A stretch of DNA of 64,000 nucleotides. Origin: Tubiluchus corallicola (Eukaryota; Animalia; Priapulida). Position numbers and translations under genes: made by a program. The stretch spans positions 186,001 to 250,000 of the forward strand of contig JAQGDQ010000076.1 of NCBI GenBank assembly GCA_030141605.1, read 5' to 3'. Positions 24,888-38,815 of this stretch are shown here, piece by piece. Below the pieces are notes generated by a model, which worked only from the letters and a program-made list of their open reading frames with translations, was not told the DNA's origin and searched no databases. Numbering within the stretch: position 1 is the stretch's first letter; the number at the start of each line of letters is the position of its first letter.

Positions 24888-27486
24888 ATTAGGCACATTA
24901 AACACGCACATATGGATTCCGGCTCGTACTGTATCGAATTGCACAGGAAAAAGCAGTTTTAACTATGACTGGCGAATCAGGTTGACTGTGTGCTACGAAC
25001 CAGGCCCTGGATTCATGTTAATTTCGCGATCCGTGATTTGGCTCTGAATTCTTGTCAAATTGACTCATTCATAAAGTGGCTAAAATTAAAATCATTCATC
25101 TAAGGATCAGCTTCACTTGTATTACGCGTAGTATATGCAAAGAATGCTTGGTATAAAGCGTGTTTTGTATCGTCCCATAAATAGAAAAGTCTACGCCTAC
25201 CAGGTATTCAGACACATTTTTTTTATTTTTAAGTAGGGTATTTTAGTAAAAGTCTTAGCACTTCTAACGAAATATATTGAAGGGAACTGTATTCGTAATA
25301 GTAGTAGTACACTATGGAAAACAAGCATATGGAATGTGGTGAGAGGCACCAAGGATGTTCTCTGGGAACTGATTTAGAGTAACACGAACCAACTCACGCG
25401 ATGCTCTACAAGATAAGATGCGTAGCTCTAACTTTTCGTTTTCTAAGGCAAATCACATTTGAAAGTTAATTAGACCGATTTTATAGTTAACCGGCTTTAG
25501 CGTCCTTGACAAAATTAGGCCAAACATGCGAGTGAGCGTTCATCAATCGCTATTGTTGTATTCAGTCTACGCACGTTTAATACACTGCAGATAAAAATGA
25601 TTACTTAATAATTTAGTGAAGGTCTTTTTAGCGTAAACTTGTTTATGTTCAACGTGTAGGTACAGAAATTTAAATGTGTTAATGAAGGATATTAAAAATG
25701 GCTGAAACTCTGCACCACACTACCAAGTTATTAACTCTCTGCATAAATTTGCAGTGTAGAATCACTATTATTATCCGTTCTCAGTTTTGTGATTTATATA
25801 ATGGCAAGAGGTGTGTGGTTGAGCTGTTTAAGCTAGGTGCCGATATTTTGAATAACTTCAGGTTAGTTTTGTGTACTGTAGTTATAAATATTAGATAGTG
25901 AGAATTAATAAGTGGTTAATTCGTTCGACTGCAATAACACTGTTATTGTTCAAACTGATTTCATTAGTACATTCGCCAATATAATTTATCAGGTAGATGT
26001 CAAGTGGGCGGTGTACTGTTTGGGGGTTTCCCTTGTGAGCATATTTAATTGATTTATGTGTCGCTTGGAAATTAGGTATAAAACATACATGTCAAGGGAT
26101 TTTTTTCTCATTAATGAAGTCACGTGTTGATAAATGTGCAGAGCAGAAAGCCAGAAACAGACGATTAATTATGTATAAGTTTGATCGGTAAATTTTCATA
26201 ATTGAAGATTTATTGATTTTATTCTTACAGGTGTTCAGGTGTTACGGGAGTAATTAATAATTTTTGTTAATTTCATTTTCACTGAGCTTAACTAACTTAC
26301 GATATGTTGTTGCTACCCGGTGAAAATCAAGCGTGCATAAATGAATGTTCTAACCATTTTTTCGTAATGATTTACTTACAACTGAAGCCCAATTCTGTTT
26401 TTCGAGCTACTGTCATATCATTACAAATGTTGTTTGATTTTTAAGGAAAACTTCTAGCGTTATGTCAGCACACGAAAATTAAGGTTTTTTCCTGCTTGAG
26501 CGAAATGCATTAGAAAATAATACATGTAGTATATAATGCAATGAGTATAATAATGTCCTAATACAATACGACATTAAAAGCTATAATAGACGAACCTTTT
26601 AAATTTTCGAGGTATAAACAAAATGCTTCTACGTAAAAATTCACAAATTTCACTCAATATACATTTGGAGACTACTTACAAAAATAAAAAAGAATTTATA
26701 AACTACTTGCAACTGTGTTCTTGCCTGCGTTCATTAAAGTAATTTTATGCACTGAACCGTTATATCGGACTTTGCTTCTTGAAATTGAATTTTTGCTCGT
26801 AATGTTGCCGTTTTACAATCTTCAGACAATAAATCTTATTTTAATGTTATGTAGTTAAAGTGTGCCTGTTAATTTGTATGTACAACGAGTTTCTTCGACT
26901 ACTGGCAGGATAGAAAATTGTTTTAGTGAATTATTTCACATTTATTTCGTGTTTACATTTCATTAGGCTTTTATTTATCGAGTGAAAACAAAGAAAAGTG
27001 AAAAGAATTTAAATTCCGTGTCATTCTGGTAGTATGTCGATCGCATCGGGACAACAATGCCCTTCTAGTTACTGTTTTGAATGATACAGCTATGAGTAAT
27101 TAATTATAGCATGAGATATATGCAGCAGCAATGCAAGCTCCGGGCAAAGCTGTATTGTTATGGTTAAATATTTAGCTTGAAAATAAAATATCAGTCGCAT
27201 TGGCAATTTGTCATTAACTTCTCAGAAAATACAAAAAAAAATTGTGGATTTGTGATCGCTGTCCTTTAGTTTTCATATAATTATGTAGAGTTATGAACAG
27301 CTTTTGTCGCTAGACTCGTTACTCGTGATGAATGGAATTAATTTTGTCGTGCCTGTTCGTCTGGATTAACCAAAAGGCGAGATCCAACTCGTCATTAAGG
27401 CTGCCCCCAATGAGGATTCCCAAACGGCGAACAAGGAAAAATAAGTTGCATATGCTTTTAATGTTCTGCTGTTACAGTGTTCTATT

Positions 27487-27771
27487 CACGTGTCAAAATC
27501 ACCTATGTGACAAAAACACTTGTGTTTAAATATCCTGTGCGACCAAAAATACCTATTATGTCCAAGTAGCTTATTTGTCCATCGACCTATGTGTCCAAAT
27601 CGCCTTGTGTCCATATTGCCTATGTGTTGAAATAGCCTTTTGTCCAAATTACCTATGTATCCAAATAGCCTATGTATCTAAAATACCTTGTGTCCAAATG
27701 ACCCGTGTGTCCAAGTTTCTTGTGGCGAAACGTCCTATGTCCAAATGTCTGTGTCGCAGTGTCTGCACACC
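27487..27771. repeat. Degenerate ~16-17 bp minisatellite (tgtgtccaaat..cc core)
   Basis: More than ten imperfect copies of cctatgtgtccaaat-like units with no unique spacers. Confidence 0.75.
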
Positions 27772-29529
27772 CTCGTTATAGAAAAGATATGTAGAAGAAT
27801 AGGGTGCAAAATGATGGTATAAGTTTATAGTTATTGAATTTTTAAAACATATTTGAACAGAAAGAAGGAAAATGTTGAAAAAGTTGCAACCACGGATCTT
27901 TGGATTATAATTCCATTGCCACATTTACTAGACCACGTAACTAAGATGTGTGAATAATGGCCATAGCATTGGACTTGCAGTTCTTCTCAACTTTCTTTCT
28001 TTCAGTCAGTCTGTTTGAAAAATTTTATCAATTCAAATATGTTCCATTGCTGCATCGTTTATTTTGAAATAAATGTGTCATCATCATAAACATCGTTGTC
28101 GATGTCGTCATCTTTATTATCATTATTGTCATCATAGATCTAACTAACCAATTCAGTTGCTGCTGTTTGAAGTTTGAACGCGATGTTTAAGTGGCTAACA
28201 TTAAATTTATTGGCCTTCTCGACGATTTAGGGTGAAAATCTTTTGTAGTTATATCCCATAAAGAATACATTCACGATGTGTGACATGATCACAATAATAA
28301 CAGCTCCTACACACTTATTAATAACAACATGTCTGCTCTGCTTTACGAGGAAGCATTCCACGGAAACGCTCAATATCCTACATTTAATTGCAGTGTCACC
28401 AAGTTAGACCTTAATTAAATTCTGGCATCTGCCGCCTGCCATAAGCAGGGAGTAGGGTTCTGATTGTATACGACTATACGAGGGTTACAGTAGCAATTTA
28501 GGCACTTAAAATTTGCCGGTTTGCCGTCTTTTGAAGTTGGGATCTTGATTAATCGGTGGCAGTTTGAACGTTCGTGCGCATTCATGGCGTAACTAGGGGG
28601 GCGTTTCGAGTAATACTGTGGTAATCAACACAACGTATTTTCACAGATGACCATTTGTCTTAAAGACGTTCTAGAGCACAGTTATTCTTTCATTCAGTTT
28701 TTTTTTGTATTGAGATGGAAGTGATTAAAGGATATTGTTAGGGTCAGTGCGTCCGTTGTCCATAGAAACGCAGTTTGCATTCCACTTTGCAAAAATTGAT
28801 TAAAGGTCTGAATTTGACAACTCGTTGCGTCAGCAGGTAGTTTCAGTTGTTTGCGTTGAGCTATCAGTACCAACTTGCGATGTTTCTGCCATTAACAGAC
28901 TTTTTTTTCTTTTGTGGCGCCGTTTTAATGTACAGTAATATTGTATTTTTATCTTGGTTGAAACTCGACCCAAAACTGAAATCTTGAGTATGTAATTACT
29001 TTTTGCATTGATATGAGTTTTCGTTAGTATAGAAAACCAGTTCGGAAATAGTTTGAATTGAATGTTTCTATGGTACTGCATTAAGTACAAATATAGTACA
29101 GTTTTTTCTTAAGACAGTGTCCAGTAGCATGCAATTAAAAAGCAAAAAACTTTAAATTGTGTTATGTTTAGAAGAAAGATTGTCACAATGGAAAAATCAA
29201 TGTCAGTGTCTTCTCTTTTTGAAACCTACTTCGGTGTCCTCTGATTCTTTTTAAAACCTTCTGTCACAGAGAAGTAGGACTAGGTGACCTTTGGCTTTGG
29301 CAGCAATTCTACTCTTGCTTGCGAGGGAAAGAGCAAAGGATTGAAAGGTGCGATTTTTCCTCGTCTACTATCTGCCGCTATGTTATTACCCATTAGCTAG
29401 ATAGAAATAATCAGCGATAGGCCATTATATACATGTACTACAATACAGCACTTCTCTCTTCATTTGGTGTAACCTGCCGATATGTAGTTACCGGTTGCCA
29501 ATGATCAGTCTACTTTCATCTATAATTTT

Positions 29530-29653
29530 ATCTCTGGTTACCCAGACGCGCACTGATCCACATGGACGTGATCAAGCATCAAGCATTGAATCCAGCCAAC
29601 ACCCATGCACTGATCCACGTGGATACATGGACATGATCAAGCATCAAGCATTG
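29530..29653. repeat. Two-copy local repeat
   Basis: gcactgatccac…tggac.tgatcaagcatcaagcattga occurs twice. Confidence 0.8.
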
Positions 29654-32600
29654 AGACAAGCCATCTCAAAGAAGATTGCTGCATTTTTTGGCTACTAAAT
29701 TATCCCAAGGGGAAGACTAGCCGCGCAGACTTATTGTCATTGGTTTTACCGTCGATATTTTCCCTGTAATCGACCATCTAAAGTTGCGCTTAACGCAAAG
29801 AACGATACGGATATTATTCGCGAATAGATAAGACGCCTCTCTGGAGGTTAGACCTCAATTTTCCGCAAAAGCTATTCTCAAACGTTTATCGGAGACGTTA
29901 ATATTTTAAGAAAGTAATTTTCTTTTTTGTCATAGTTTTAATTTTATGAGAGTCAAGGGCTGGCCTTACTAGATGTTGATGGGTTTGCAGAGTACTCTTC
30001 AGCTGTTGTATTTATAATGGACAATCATTTTCATTAACTGTTTCCCGAAGAAATGGACCCGTTTCATTCAGTGCTGTGGTTTTTGCTGTCAGTTACGTAG
30101 CATTTAATCCTTTATAGCAGTTAATCAAGGACGAAATGCAAGATGTATTTTAAAATGGCACATGGTCATTATCAAAAGATTTTAACAGCCCGTTATAAAT
30201 TTTGAATATTGGAAATTCGAAAAAAGTCAAGCAATGTAAACTGTATTATAATAATACATATAGATGTAGCTTAGTTACCTATGTACAATGGTTCACAACA
30301 AAACGCAACAAACATAATTATGTTGATGTAAAATACTATCTCAACTATTTTATCTCAACTTATCTGTAGAAGATTGCAACAAGCTTTTCTTAGTTTTAGC
30401 TACAAAGATGCTATTTTTAAGAATGTGGAGATACTACATTTATAACAAACAATAGCTTCATACCTGAAATTAATAGCAAATTATATTGGCCAGGCAGTCC
30501 AATTGTATGTAAGCATTTGTACATACTGGAAAATAAGACTTCTGACAGACATTATTAAAATTGAGATTTATTTGAGTTCTGCCGTCAATCTAACATAAAA
30601 GTTTTTATTGCTTAAGTGATATGTGTGTGCTACATATTGTCGTAGTCTTTGAATACTCGTAACGCACAAACGTCTACTAACTTTCTATTTGCTACACTGA
30701 AATCATCCACTTCAACTGCATGATTATGTAATTAAACAAAGTGTTATGCAAACTCATTACCGACAAAGCTAATGAGGTCTTTGAAAATGAGCTACTAACC
30801 TATATAATTTGTTAAATTACGGACGCACTAATGCATTATGTAAATTCATGAAATTACGTAGACACCAGTGAATCGTTATTGCTGTGCTATGAAATCGAAC
30901 CAGGAGGTAGCGCACTGAACATTTTCACACTTGCAGCAATGCCTGGTGTATTGGTGTAAGGACGTACCTGTTTAACGACCACGATTTACATTAGAGACAG
31001 AAAGCCAGAAATTTGATTTTCTCTGTATGGCACACTCATGTACTTGTTGACTTGGCCCATATAAATGTAGTTTTTTTCGGCATAGTTGGCATAGGTGGGT
31101 GTATGCGAACAGTCACAGTGGGTCGATGCTAGTGAACAAATTTCTCGATTATTGCAGTCTCTTCAGATGAAGTAACTGTCTAAAAGTTTATGCAGTTCTT
31201 ACCACAATCCCTTTTGCCGTGGAATCTTTTAAAATCCTTTTAAAGCAGGATGTGATTTTTGTTAATCGCAGAACTTCAGAGCGGCTTGATATTTTAACAA
31301 CTGTTCAAACAAATCCGATAAATTCCTGCGAGGCAGTACTCAAAAGAGCTAATTAGCAATAAAAACCATTGTCAAATGGACGTGTTCAGGTGAGTGTTTT
31401 GCTGAATGTGTCTACAAGTCCATTAAGATATTGGAAGACGAGATTACTCAATAAAACTTGTGAAAGCTTGTAGCTAGCATTCTTGCATTCAACAGTTGAT
31501 TTGGGCTGGTTTTCGCTTTCGATACAGCAGACGAAGCCTTGCCAGTTTTATGGTTTCATAACTCATAATCGTAAAATAAGAGTTGATTCCTAAAATTAAC
31601 AGTACTAAAATTATTTAGGTGACACAGTAAACAAAACAAAGAAACAGATAAACGTACATTATTGGCATCAGAGTTTGCCAAAATATCAAAAGGATTATGA
31701 CCGTTTTCTTCCCCATTCTGATCTGAAATGCATTTGGTTTTCATAGATAATATTTTAAGACGTTTTTCAATTGATTTTGAAGAACGTAAATGTTGCTGAT
31801 GTTGTTGTGAGGTAGAGATTGACTTCGTTGTCGTCGTCATATCGTGTACTTTATTATACGTTGTATTATTTCCAACAGGTTCTGTCACTTAATTATAAGG
31901 AAAATCGGCTAAGAACAACTTCGATTGTTTTACCACTGGTTGCTTCTAACCTTTAAAAATAAAATTTTGTATTCCACTATTTTTGAAACAATTTGCTGAG
32001 ACAGCTTTAACATTACTGATTGGAATTTTGCCGAAACGTTTTCGCCAATTAGTAAATTGTAATCACTAATTAATATTGATTACTGTCATTCTTTTGCAAG
32101 GGCATTTCGTTTGCTTGCAAAAATCTAGTTAACTGTAAGCTAATTACATTAATTAATTAATATACTAGTACTCCACTATAAAATTTAATTTAAACAGAAT
32201 TCTGGAGCAACGTAGATTTTTTGTTTTTTTAGTGGATACCCAAACATTGTATTTGTAACTTTCGGTCACTTTATTGTAATTTTTCCGGATTCTGTGTAAG
32301 TATTTTTCTGTGAATCGGTGTTAAAAGGACCGCACCTTTCCTTGGCATTTACTTTACGTATGTACGCCCAGTTTGTTGGCACAATTAATTTGACTCTGCT
32401 TTTGCTGTCTAAGCTGCTGCTTCTCAGCTTCGTTAAAAGAAAGTTCACAAAATTGAACGTTTTTATCATGAACATTAAAAACTGAAGCACTCCTTGGACA
32501 ACATATTTTACATTACTTAGTGCCAACTTACATCTGTTAGTGTATAGTACCACTAGTATGTTAGTGTATAGTACCACTAGTATAGCGCCATACCTTTCCT

Positions 32601-35600
32601 CTCTTGTTGAGTTTTTATTAGATCATGAGGCTGGATTTATTTGACATTAATTAACACGCACTGAACAGCTTCAGTCAGGCATGTCCCACAAAGAAACCAG
32701 ATGCAGCCCAATACGCTTGTCCAGCGATCCGATTTTTCCTCCCTAGTTTCTCTGCTTTTCAAGATTGCATCATTAATTTCTTATCGACGCATGAATTATT
32801 TTGTTGGCAAGTTAATTATAACCGAGAAAGTCAAGCTGCGTTATCAGTTGAAAAATGTCATCAGCACTGATAAATGGGCAGTAATTGTCCATCATGTAAT
32901 AGGAGAAGCCAAGCAGATTTCCTGCCGCATACAAATACAAACGTGGTTTTGGTGTACAGTGACAACAGTTTGTATTTATGAATGAACCAATTCCGTTTCT
33001 GGAAAAGTTATCAAGCTATGGTTTTCAAGAAAGTTCCTTAACTTCGTTGTTAACTCTTATTTAAAACTAATGAGTAATGATCATTGTGTGTTATTTTTTG
33101 TCCGTGCTACGTATCGCTCACGTTACTTAAACTTCCTGTAAAATCTGGGGTCTCGTTTGGCAACGTTTGAATCTCTTTTTTTTTGTATAAAAGCATGAAG
33201 ACAGGAAACTTTTTATTTATTGTTTTAATTCTTTAGCACTACTGTCTTTTAGCAAGTTAACGCAAATTCTGCATTTGCTTGACGAGCGGGTTCTCAATTT
33301 TCACTTATTCACTGACAGTATCTGCACTCTCGTGCGTGCAGTAGTTTACATGGCTTCGTCTGCAACTAATCGCATCTGTCTTCTATTGCATCTTAAATAT
33401 ATTTCAGCGTCTTCCTCTAGTTTACGCAACCGTGATTTGTGTCATTTCAATAAATACACACCTGGAAGTCATTTGCCATCATAGCGAGACGCAGTTGTCA
33501 GCCGAGGAAGCCCAATACATTGCCTGTCATGAATTTTGTTTACTTCGGCGATTTTCGTTTACTTCGGTGATTTTTGTTTACTGTAGTGTGTATTTCACAG
33601 CTCTCTTGCAATAACAGCCATTTGATTTATGTCAACATTTCTAGGTTTCGTATATCCTCTTTTACCCTTTCATTTCCGATAGATGATTTATAGCGGCTTA
33701 CTGTCGATTTATAGTTGAGCTGTTTAAGTTTTATACGCGATTGTTGTGGATGGGTTTTGGATGACCGGGTCTCTTAAATAATTGTCATAAAATGGACAAG
33801 TTCCGGATTCTTGTGTGATACACCTTTTAGCACATGAACTTTTGACACAAGGGTAATTAATTTAGTGATATTATTGCCCTTAGTTAAATCATCTTAAAGT
33901 CACGAAAAACGATTGCCAAATAAAGTTGTGATAGCTAGTGCTTGAAAACTCTGGCTTCTTTCTATGGCCTACTCGATTTTGTATTACTTCTTTGGTCCAG
34001 TTGGATTGTTTTTTGAAAATTGCTGCAAAGTAGTTAGCCCGTTTTGCTGACAAAATTGAATATCCGTGCAATCCCGAAAAATTATTTTGTTGTCTTTTTT
34101 CAAATTCTGATGCTTTTAGCATCATTGTTACAGAACCTGAGAGATGACAGTGAACCAAGTTTTGTCGTGACCTGTTCGAAGGCGATTCAGATGCATATTT
34201 TTACGGCTACGCATATATTGTACAGTATTGCACAAACATAATTATTGTGGTTTGTGGTTTCCGAGAAGTTCGTTGCGCGACGAAGCCCGCCAGTCCAGGC
34301 ATGGAATCCCAGAGTATCAAGATTCAGTTGTTGTTCCTAAGTAAATCCAGGCGATTTGTTTGGCTGACAAGTTGGCAACATATGGCTCATTGCTGCGTGA
34401 AGTGGTAGCGATGAAAACAAGGTTATGGCTAGGCGTCCATCTAAAATATATGTTAAATGTGGTTAACAGACATCATTGAACTCTCATGCATACATACTTT
34501 GGGAGTCCACAAATGACAGTTTTTGGTGGACTTGTTTAATGTATTAAGAAATTTAAAGTACGAAGTTATCAGATGTGCCTTGAAGCCAAGCTCAAATACC
34601 AGGTCATCGTTGTCAACTTAGTGATTTGTTCGAGGAAATCTGGTATTGAGCTTTGGAACTAACATTGAAATTAAACACAAAAAAAGAACCCCTGGCCTGT
34701 CTCTGGTTGTGTAACAGACTTATTTCCATTTTTATACAGTTACGTATCCTTTTCGTTACCAAGTGGTATTAAAAAAGAAGAAACACGCAGAAAGTTTTGT
34801 CAAATACTAGCTTTTTAGCCTTGTGTAGTTGTAATTAGTGACATTTGTCTTCCTTATAAGTTATCATCCATTTGTCAGTTTCACGAGTTATTGTTTCTAT
34901 TCCCGCCTTGCTTAGCCTCCTTCGTGCGACCCGAGTCATGACTGCAAGATCTGAAGCCATTCGGCTGCTTGAAATTGAATTTAGGAATTCCTTGGATGCC
35001 ATTAAGGGCACTGCTTGTTTTACGGTCTAGGATAAATATTTAAGCTGCTTGCGTACATTTACTGTTACAGATGTTGTCTCGGCACTTAGAGTTAATGTGG
35101 CGGGTTCTTTCTCTTGGTATTTAAATTTTAAAAATATTGTTCTGGGCCCTGAAACTGAGTATATATACGACTGCAGATTTTTTTGTACTTTTTTTCTGAA
35201 GATGTCATTTTAAGAGGCATCATAGTATTATGGGAGGCACCACGACATTCTTTGAAGCTGAAGAACTTACTGTTGTCAGTTTGCAGTAAATAGAAAAGTA
35301 AACTTGTCGATACCTGGTATCTCAAGATTTAAGACAAGGCACTGACATTAATGCAATGGACGATATTGATACATGTGGTGATCGTAAAGATGCTAATGAT
35401 GTTGTTGCTGCTGCTGCTGATGGTGATGATGATCATGATCATGATCATGATGATGATGACTTACATTAAAGAAAATTACTATGAAAATGCAACTGCAAGT
35501 AATGCCCCAGAATCATAAATAATGACAGCAATGATGCTGGTGATGATTTTGACAACAACGGTCAAGTCAAGGGGATGTCGCTGGTATCATTGGTAGCAGC

Positions 35601-36464
35601 ATGATGATGATAGTGATGTTAGAAGTGCTGATGACGACGATGACGAGGAAGTAAATTTAAGCTATGAGATTTTTCTTATGTAACAATATGTGGCGTTTCT
35701 CATTGCTTTTCTATTTGTGAGTGACTTAGCGATTGACCTTAAGTTAAACCTATCTGTAAGTTTACATTGACTGGGACACTAAACGATTTTATATCTTGCC
35801 TGCATCCATCATGAATATCCTGTGTATTTGAGAAATCTCCACTCATTGCTGCCTATTTAGACAGCGGCTGTGTAAATAATCGGCCAGCCTTTACATGCCG
35901 AATTACGTCTCTCTGCAGTTATCCACTATTGGACTGAAACCACGATTATCTGATTGGCTGGACTGCCTCTTTACGTCCTTGTATGTAATTACGCTGCTGG
36001 AGCTCAAGAAGTAACACAAAGTATAAGATGCTTCCTTTTCTGTGCAGACTCGTGCTTGTGTGTAAAAAATCAAACGATTCATCCTCTCCACAACTTATAT
36101 GGGGAAGTTGGGAACACTTATTAAGTAATGAATATATTTGATCAAGGAGCCTATGCAGTAGTACACAGAATTGCATAATAAACTAATATTCAACCAATCT
36201 CACGAGTATTGATTGATGTACATTACAGCTGTGAGCATCTTCGACGATACTTCGCAATTATGTAGAACAGGCTTATATAGATATTGCAATTTAGCCGCTT
36301 AATTGGTTTCTTTTAATATCTTCTGAATGCAGCTTTTATACGTGCAGCAATTGCATTAATCCTGTATCAGTGATCCCCACTCACTGGAAATCTGTTTATG
36401 TACAACGCTATCGTAACGTCTGTAAGTTTTTTTTTGTTATAGATGCTAACCAACGATAGGTGTG

Positions 36465-36935
36465 TGTGACGATGTAGTCTAGTTTTCGCTATTGCAAATG
36501 GGTGGTTCGTGACTTAAGTGTAACCCTTAGGTAAAGAATAAAACACTTAGTCGAAAACACTGGGAAAAGACCACTGAATTAATCAAATAATATAACAATT
36601 TAATGAGTATCTCAAAATACATTGCAAGACAAATATTAATAATAAAGATTAAGCCGGCTAAGAAAAAAGGAACAACGTAACGTTTTTCACCAGTCCTGTC
36701 TCGGCATCACCAGGCGACTTTTCTCCTGCTCCCATTCTGTGTCATCTCTCTCTGGCTCCTCACCAGGGGGCTTCGTCGAGAAATGGCGCACCATAGAACG
36801 GTTGGCCACACTGCCTCTTCATGCATCCGATTACGTGAACGACGTCTCCAAACTTTGGCGACTCCTGATGACGTCCTCGCCTTCACTTATATGACGCCAA
36901 AATAGAGTAGAATTCGAACTCCTGTACTCGTCACA
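36465..36935. mobile_element. Probable solo LTR (Gypsy-like TG…CA)
   Basis: Perfect 8-bp inverted ends TGTGACGA / TCGTCACA around ~470 bp with a GC-richer internal segment. The TSD is ambiguous. Confidence 0.5.
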
Positions 36936-37674
36936 AGGTAAGGATCACCAGTTTCGTAATCACAGCATGGAAGCACCAACGGCAGTATCATCAACGTCAG
37001 TTAAATACGGGTAAGTATCATCAGCAGCAGATATCATCGACAACTGGTTAAGTACAATCTTTAAACAGGTAAGTATCATCACTGGTATGCAGCTATCATC
37101 TCTGTCGAAACTATGTAGACAAATTGCTTTTCTACAAACAAGCACCGTAACTACTAAACCATCATTTTATGACATGAGATAACTTAAAGCGGAATACCTG
37201 GGCGAACTGAACAGCCAAAATTTCGTCTACGTGGCTTCAGTCACATGATATAGTAATGCATAAACAGTGTAATTGAATGTACAGGTGAAATCTGATTTCA
37301 GAACAGGTTGTCTTTTATCGTTATCTAAACTTCTTTTATAAAAATTGAAAATAATTAACGGTGGAATCATAACAGTTAGGAACTAGTTATATAACCTGGC
37401 CTAAAATAAGCCGTCACAGTGTGAATGGTCACTATTTCGCCACAAATTAAAACATTTTTGCATACATTTCCTTTAGGATAACTGGATGACGTTTTCTAGC
37501 TACAGAAGAAAGTATTTATTTCTATAACAATGTGCATCTACTATTGTTGTCTTGCCTGCGGGTGTTATGTTAGACACCATTTTTGCAACCATATTGGATG
37601 TCATTATTGGAATTTAGTGGGCACGTCGAGATTCTAATTTGGGCCCCTAAATACTTTAAAAAAGGCATGTTGGG

Positions 37675-37926
37675 GACCATATATAGTAGAATATCCTAAA
37701 CAGTGCAATTTTGGACGTCGTATGTGGTTAAGGGCGGTTACCTAGATTGACATTAGGCCTAAAACCTTTTCGGGGCCAAGTTACCTCTAAAAGACATCGA
37801 CTTATGATATGTACTATATAGTAAAATGTCTTAAAGGTGCTATTTTGATTTTTGGATGCCGTTTTCGTCGTCATATAGGGAGTGTAAGACCTAAGTGGAC
37901 ATTACTTGCCTAACATTTTCCCGGGG
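37675..37926. repeat. Degenerate two-copy ~135 bp repeat
   Basis: The pattern tatatagta.aat.tc.taaa..gtgc.attttg…gacatt…cctaa…ttt.cgggg recurs. Confidence 0.5.
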
Positions 37927-38717
37927 CTACGCTGATTCTTATGGCATACCACATTTGGGAGTATGCTGCAGCATGCGTGCGTAAGACAGCACGGGCAGAT
38001 TTTCTTCTTTATAATGCAATTTGTATGTAAACAAAACGAAACGCCCATGCACGGAGGAATTCACAGAAACTAACAGAAATGAATATTCATAGTTTACCAT
38101 TTGTCAGGTTACGCGGCACAGAATAAATACCCACTGACATGCTAACTTACGATTGTTTTCGCTTTCATTTCCGTCCGGAAGACGTAAAAAATCTAGCATT
38201 CTCAGCCTGAATTTCAGGAAAGCCGTACATGCGAGTCTATGGTTTCGTTTGTCAGTCAGTTATGTTCGTGTGTGAGATTTTCTCGACATTACCAGCTGTT
38301 CCCGGTGTTGCTATTAGAAATGTTTAAGCAGCAACAAAACATCACTGTGGACAGTAGTTTCTAGAGCCAATTCACTTAGTCAAAATGTGAGAGTTTTAAT
38401 AGAAAGCCCTGCTGATCTGTATGTTAAATTACTGGGTCGCTGCAACTGAAGTGCGTTTTATTGTAACAGGTGATCGATTGGTAGATGATACATAACTTCG
38501 CCTTTCGGGTTCAAAGTGTTTTACAAAAGTTTATCGAAGCCAACCCTGCAGTATTGCAGGACTAAGGATTATAACGCTCATAGAAGCAATTACTAAGATC
38601 AGCCCAGAAGCTTTTATAAAATTCAGCGCTTTCAGATGCAACGACAAGGGCTAAGCAAAATGCACAAGAGCGCCTCGCTTATCCCTGCATTACAATTTCA
38701 GGAGCCAATGGATATAG

Positions 38718-38718
<1 letters not shown>

Positions 38719-38763
<45 letters not shown>

Positions 38764-38815
38764 TCCCTCTCCCTCTCCCTCTCCCTCTCCCTCTCCCTCT
38801 CCCTCTCTCTCTCTC
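38719..38815. repeat. (CT)n/(CCCTCT)n compound microsatellite
   Basis: Directly visible. Confidence 0.98.

Noticed and set aside
27487-27771. Regularly spaced short repeats resembling a CRISPR array
   Set aside because: The units are degenerate and contiguous with no unique spacers, the context is eukaryotic, and there are no cas genes. It is a minisatellite.
31556-32985. ORFs of 94-110 aa in intron 1
   Set aside because: No recognisable motifs or convincing splice boundaries. Consistent with chance ORFs with alternative starts.
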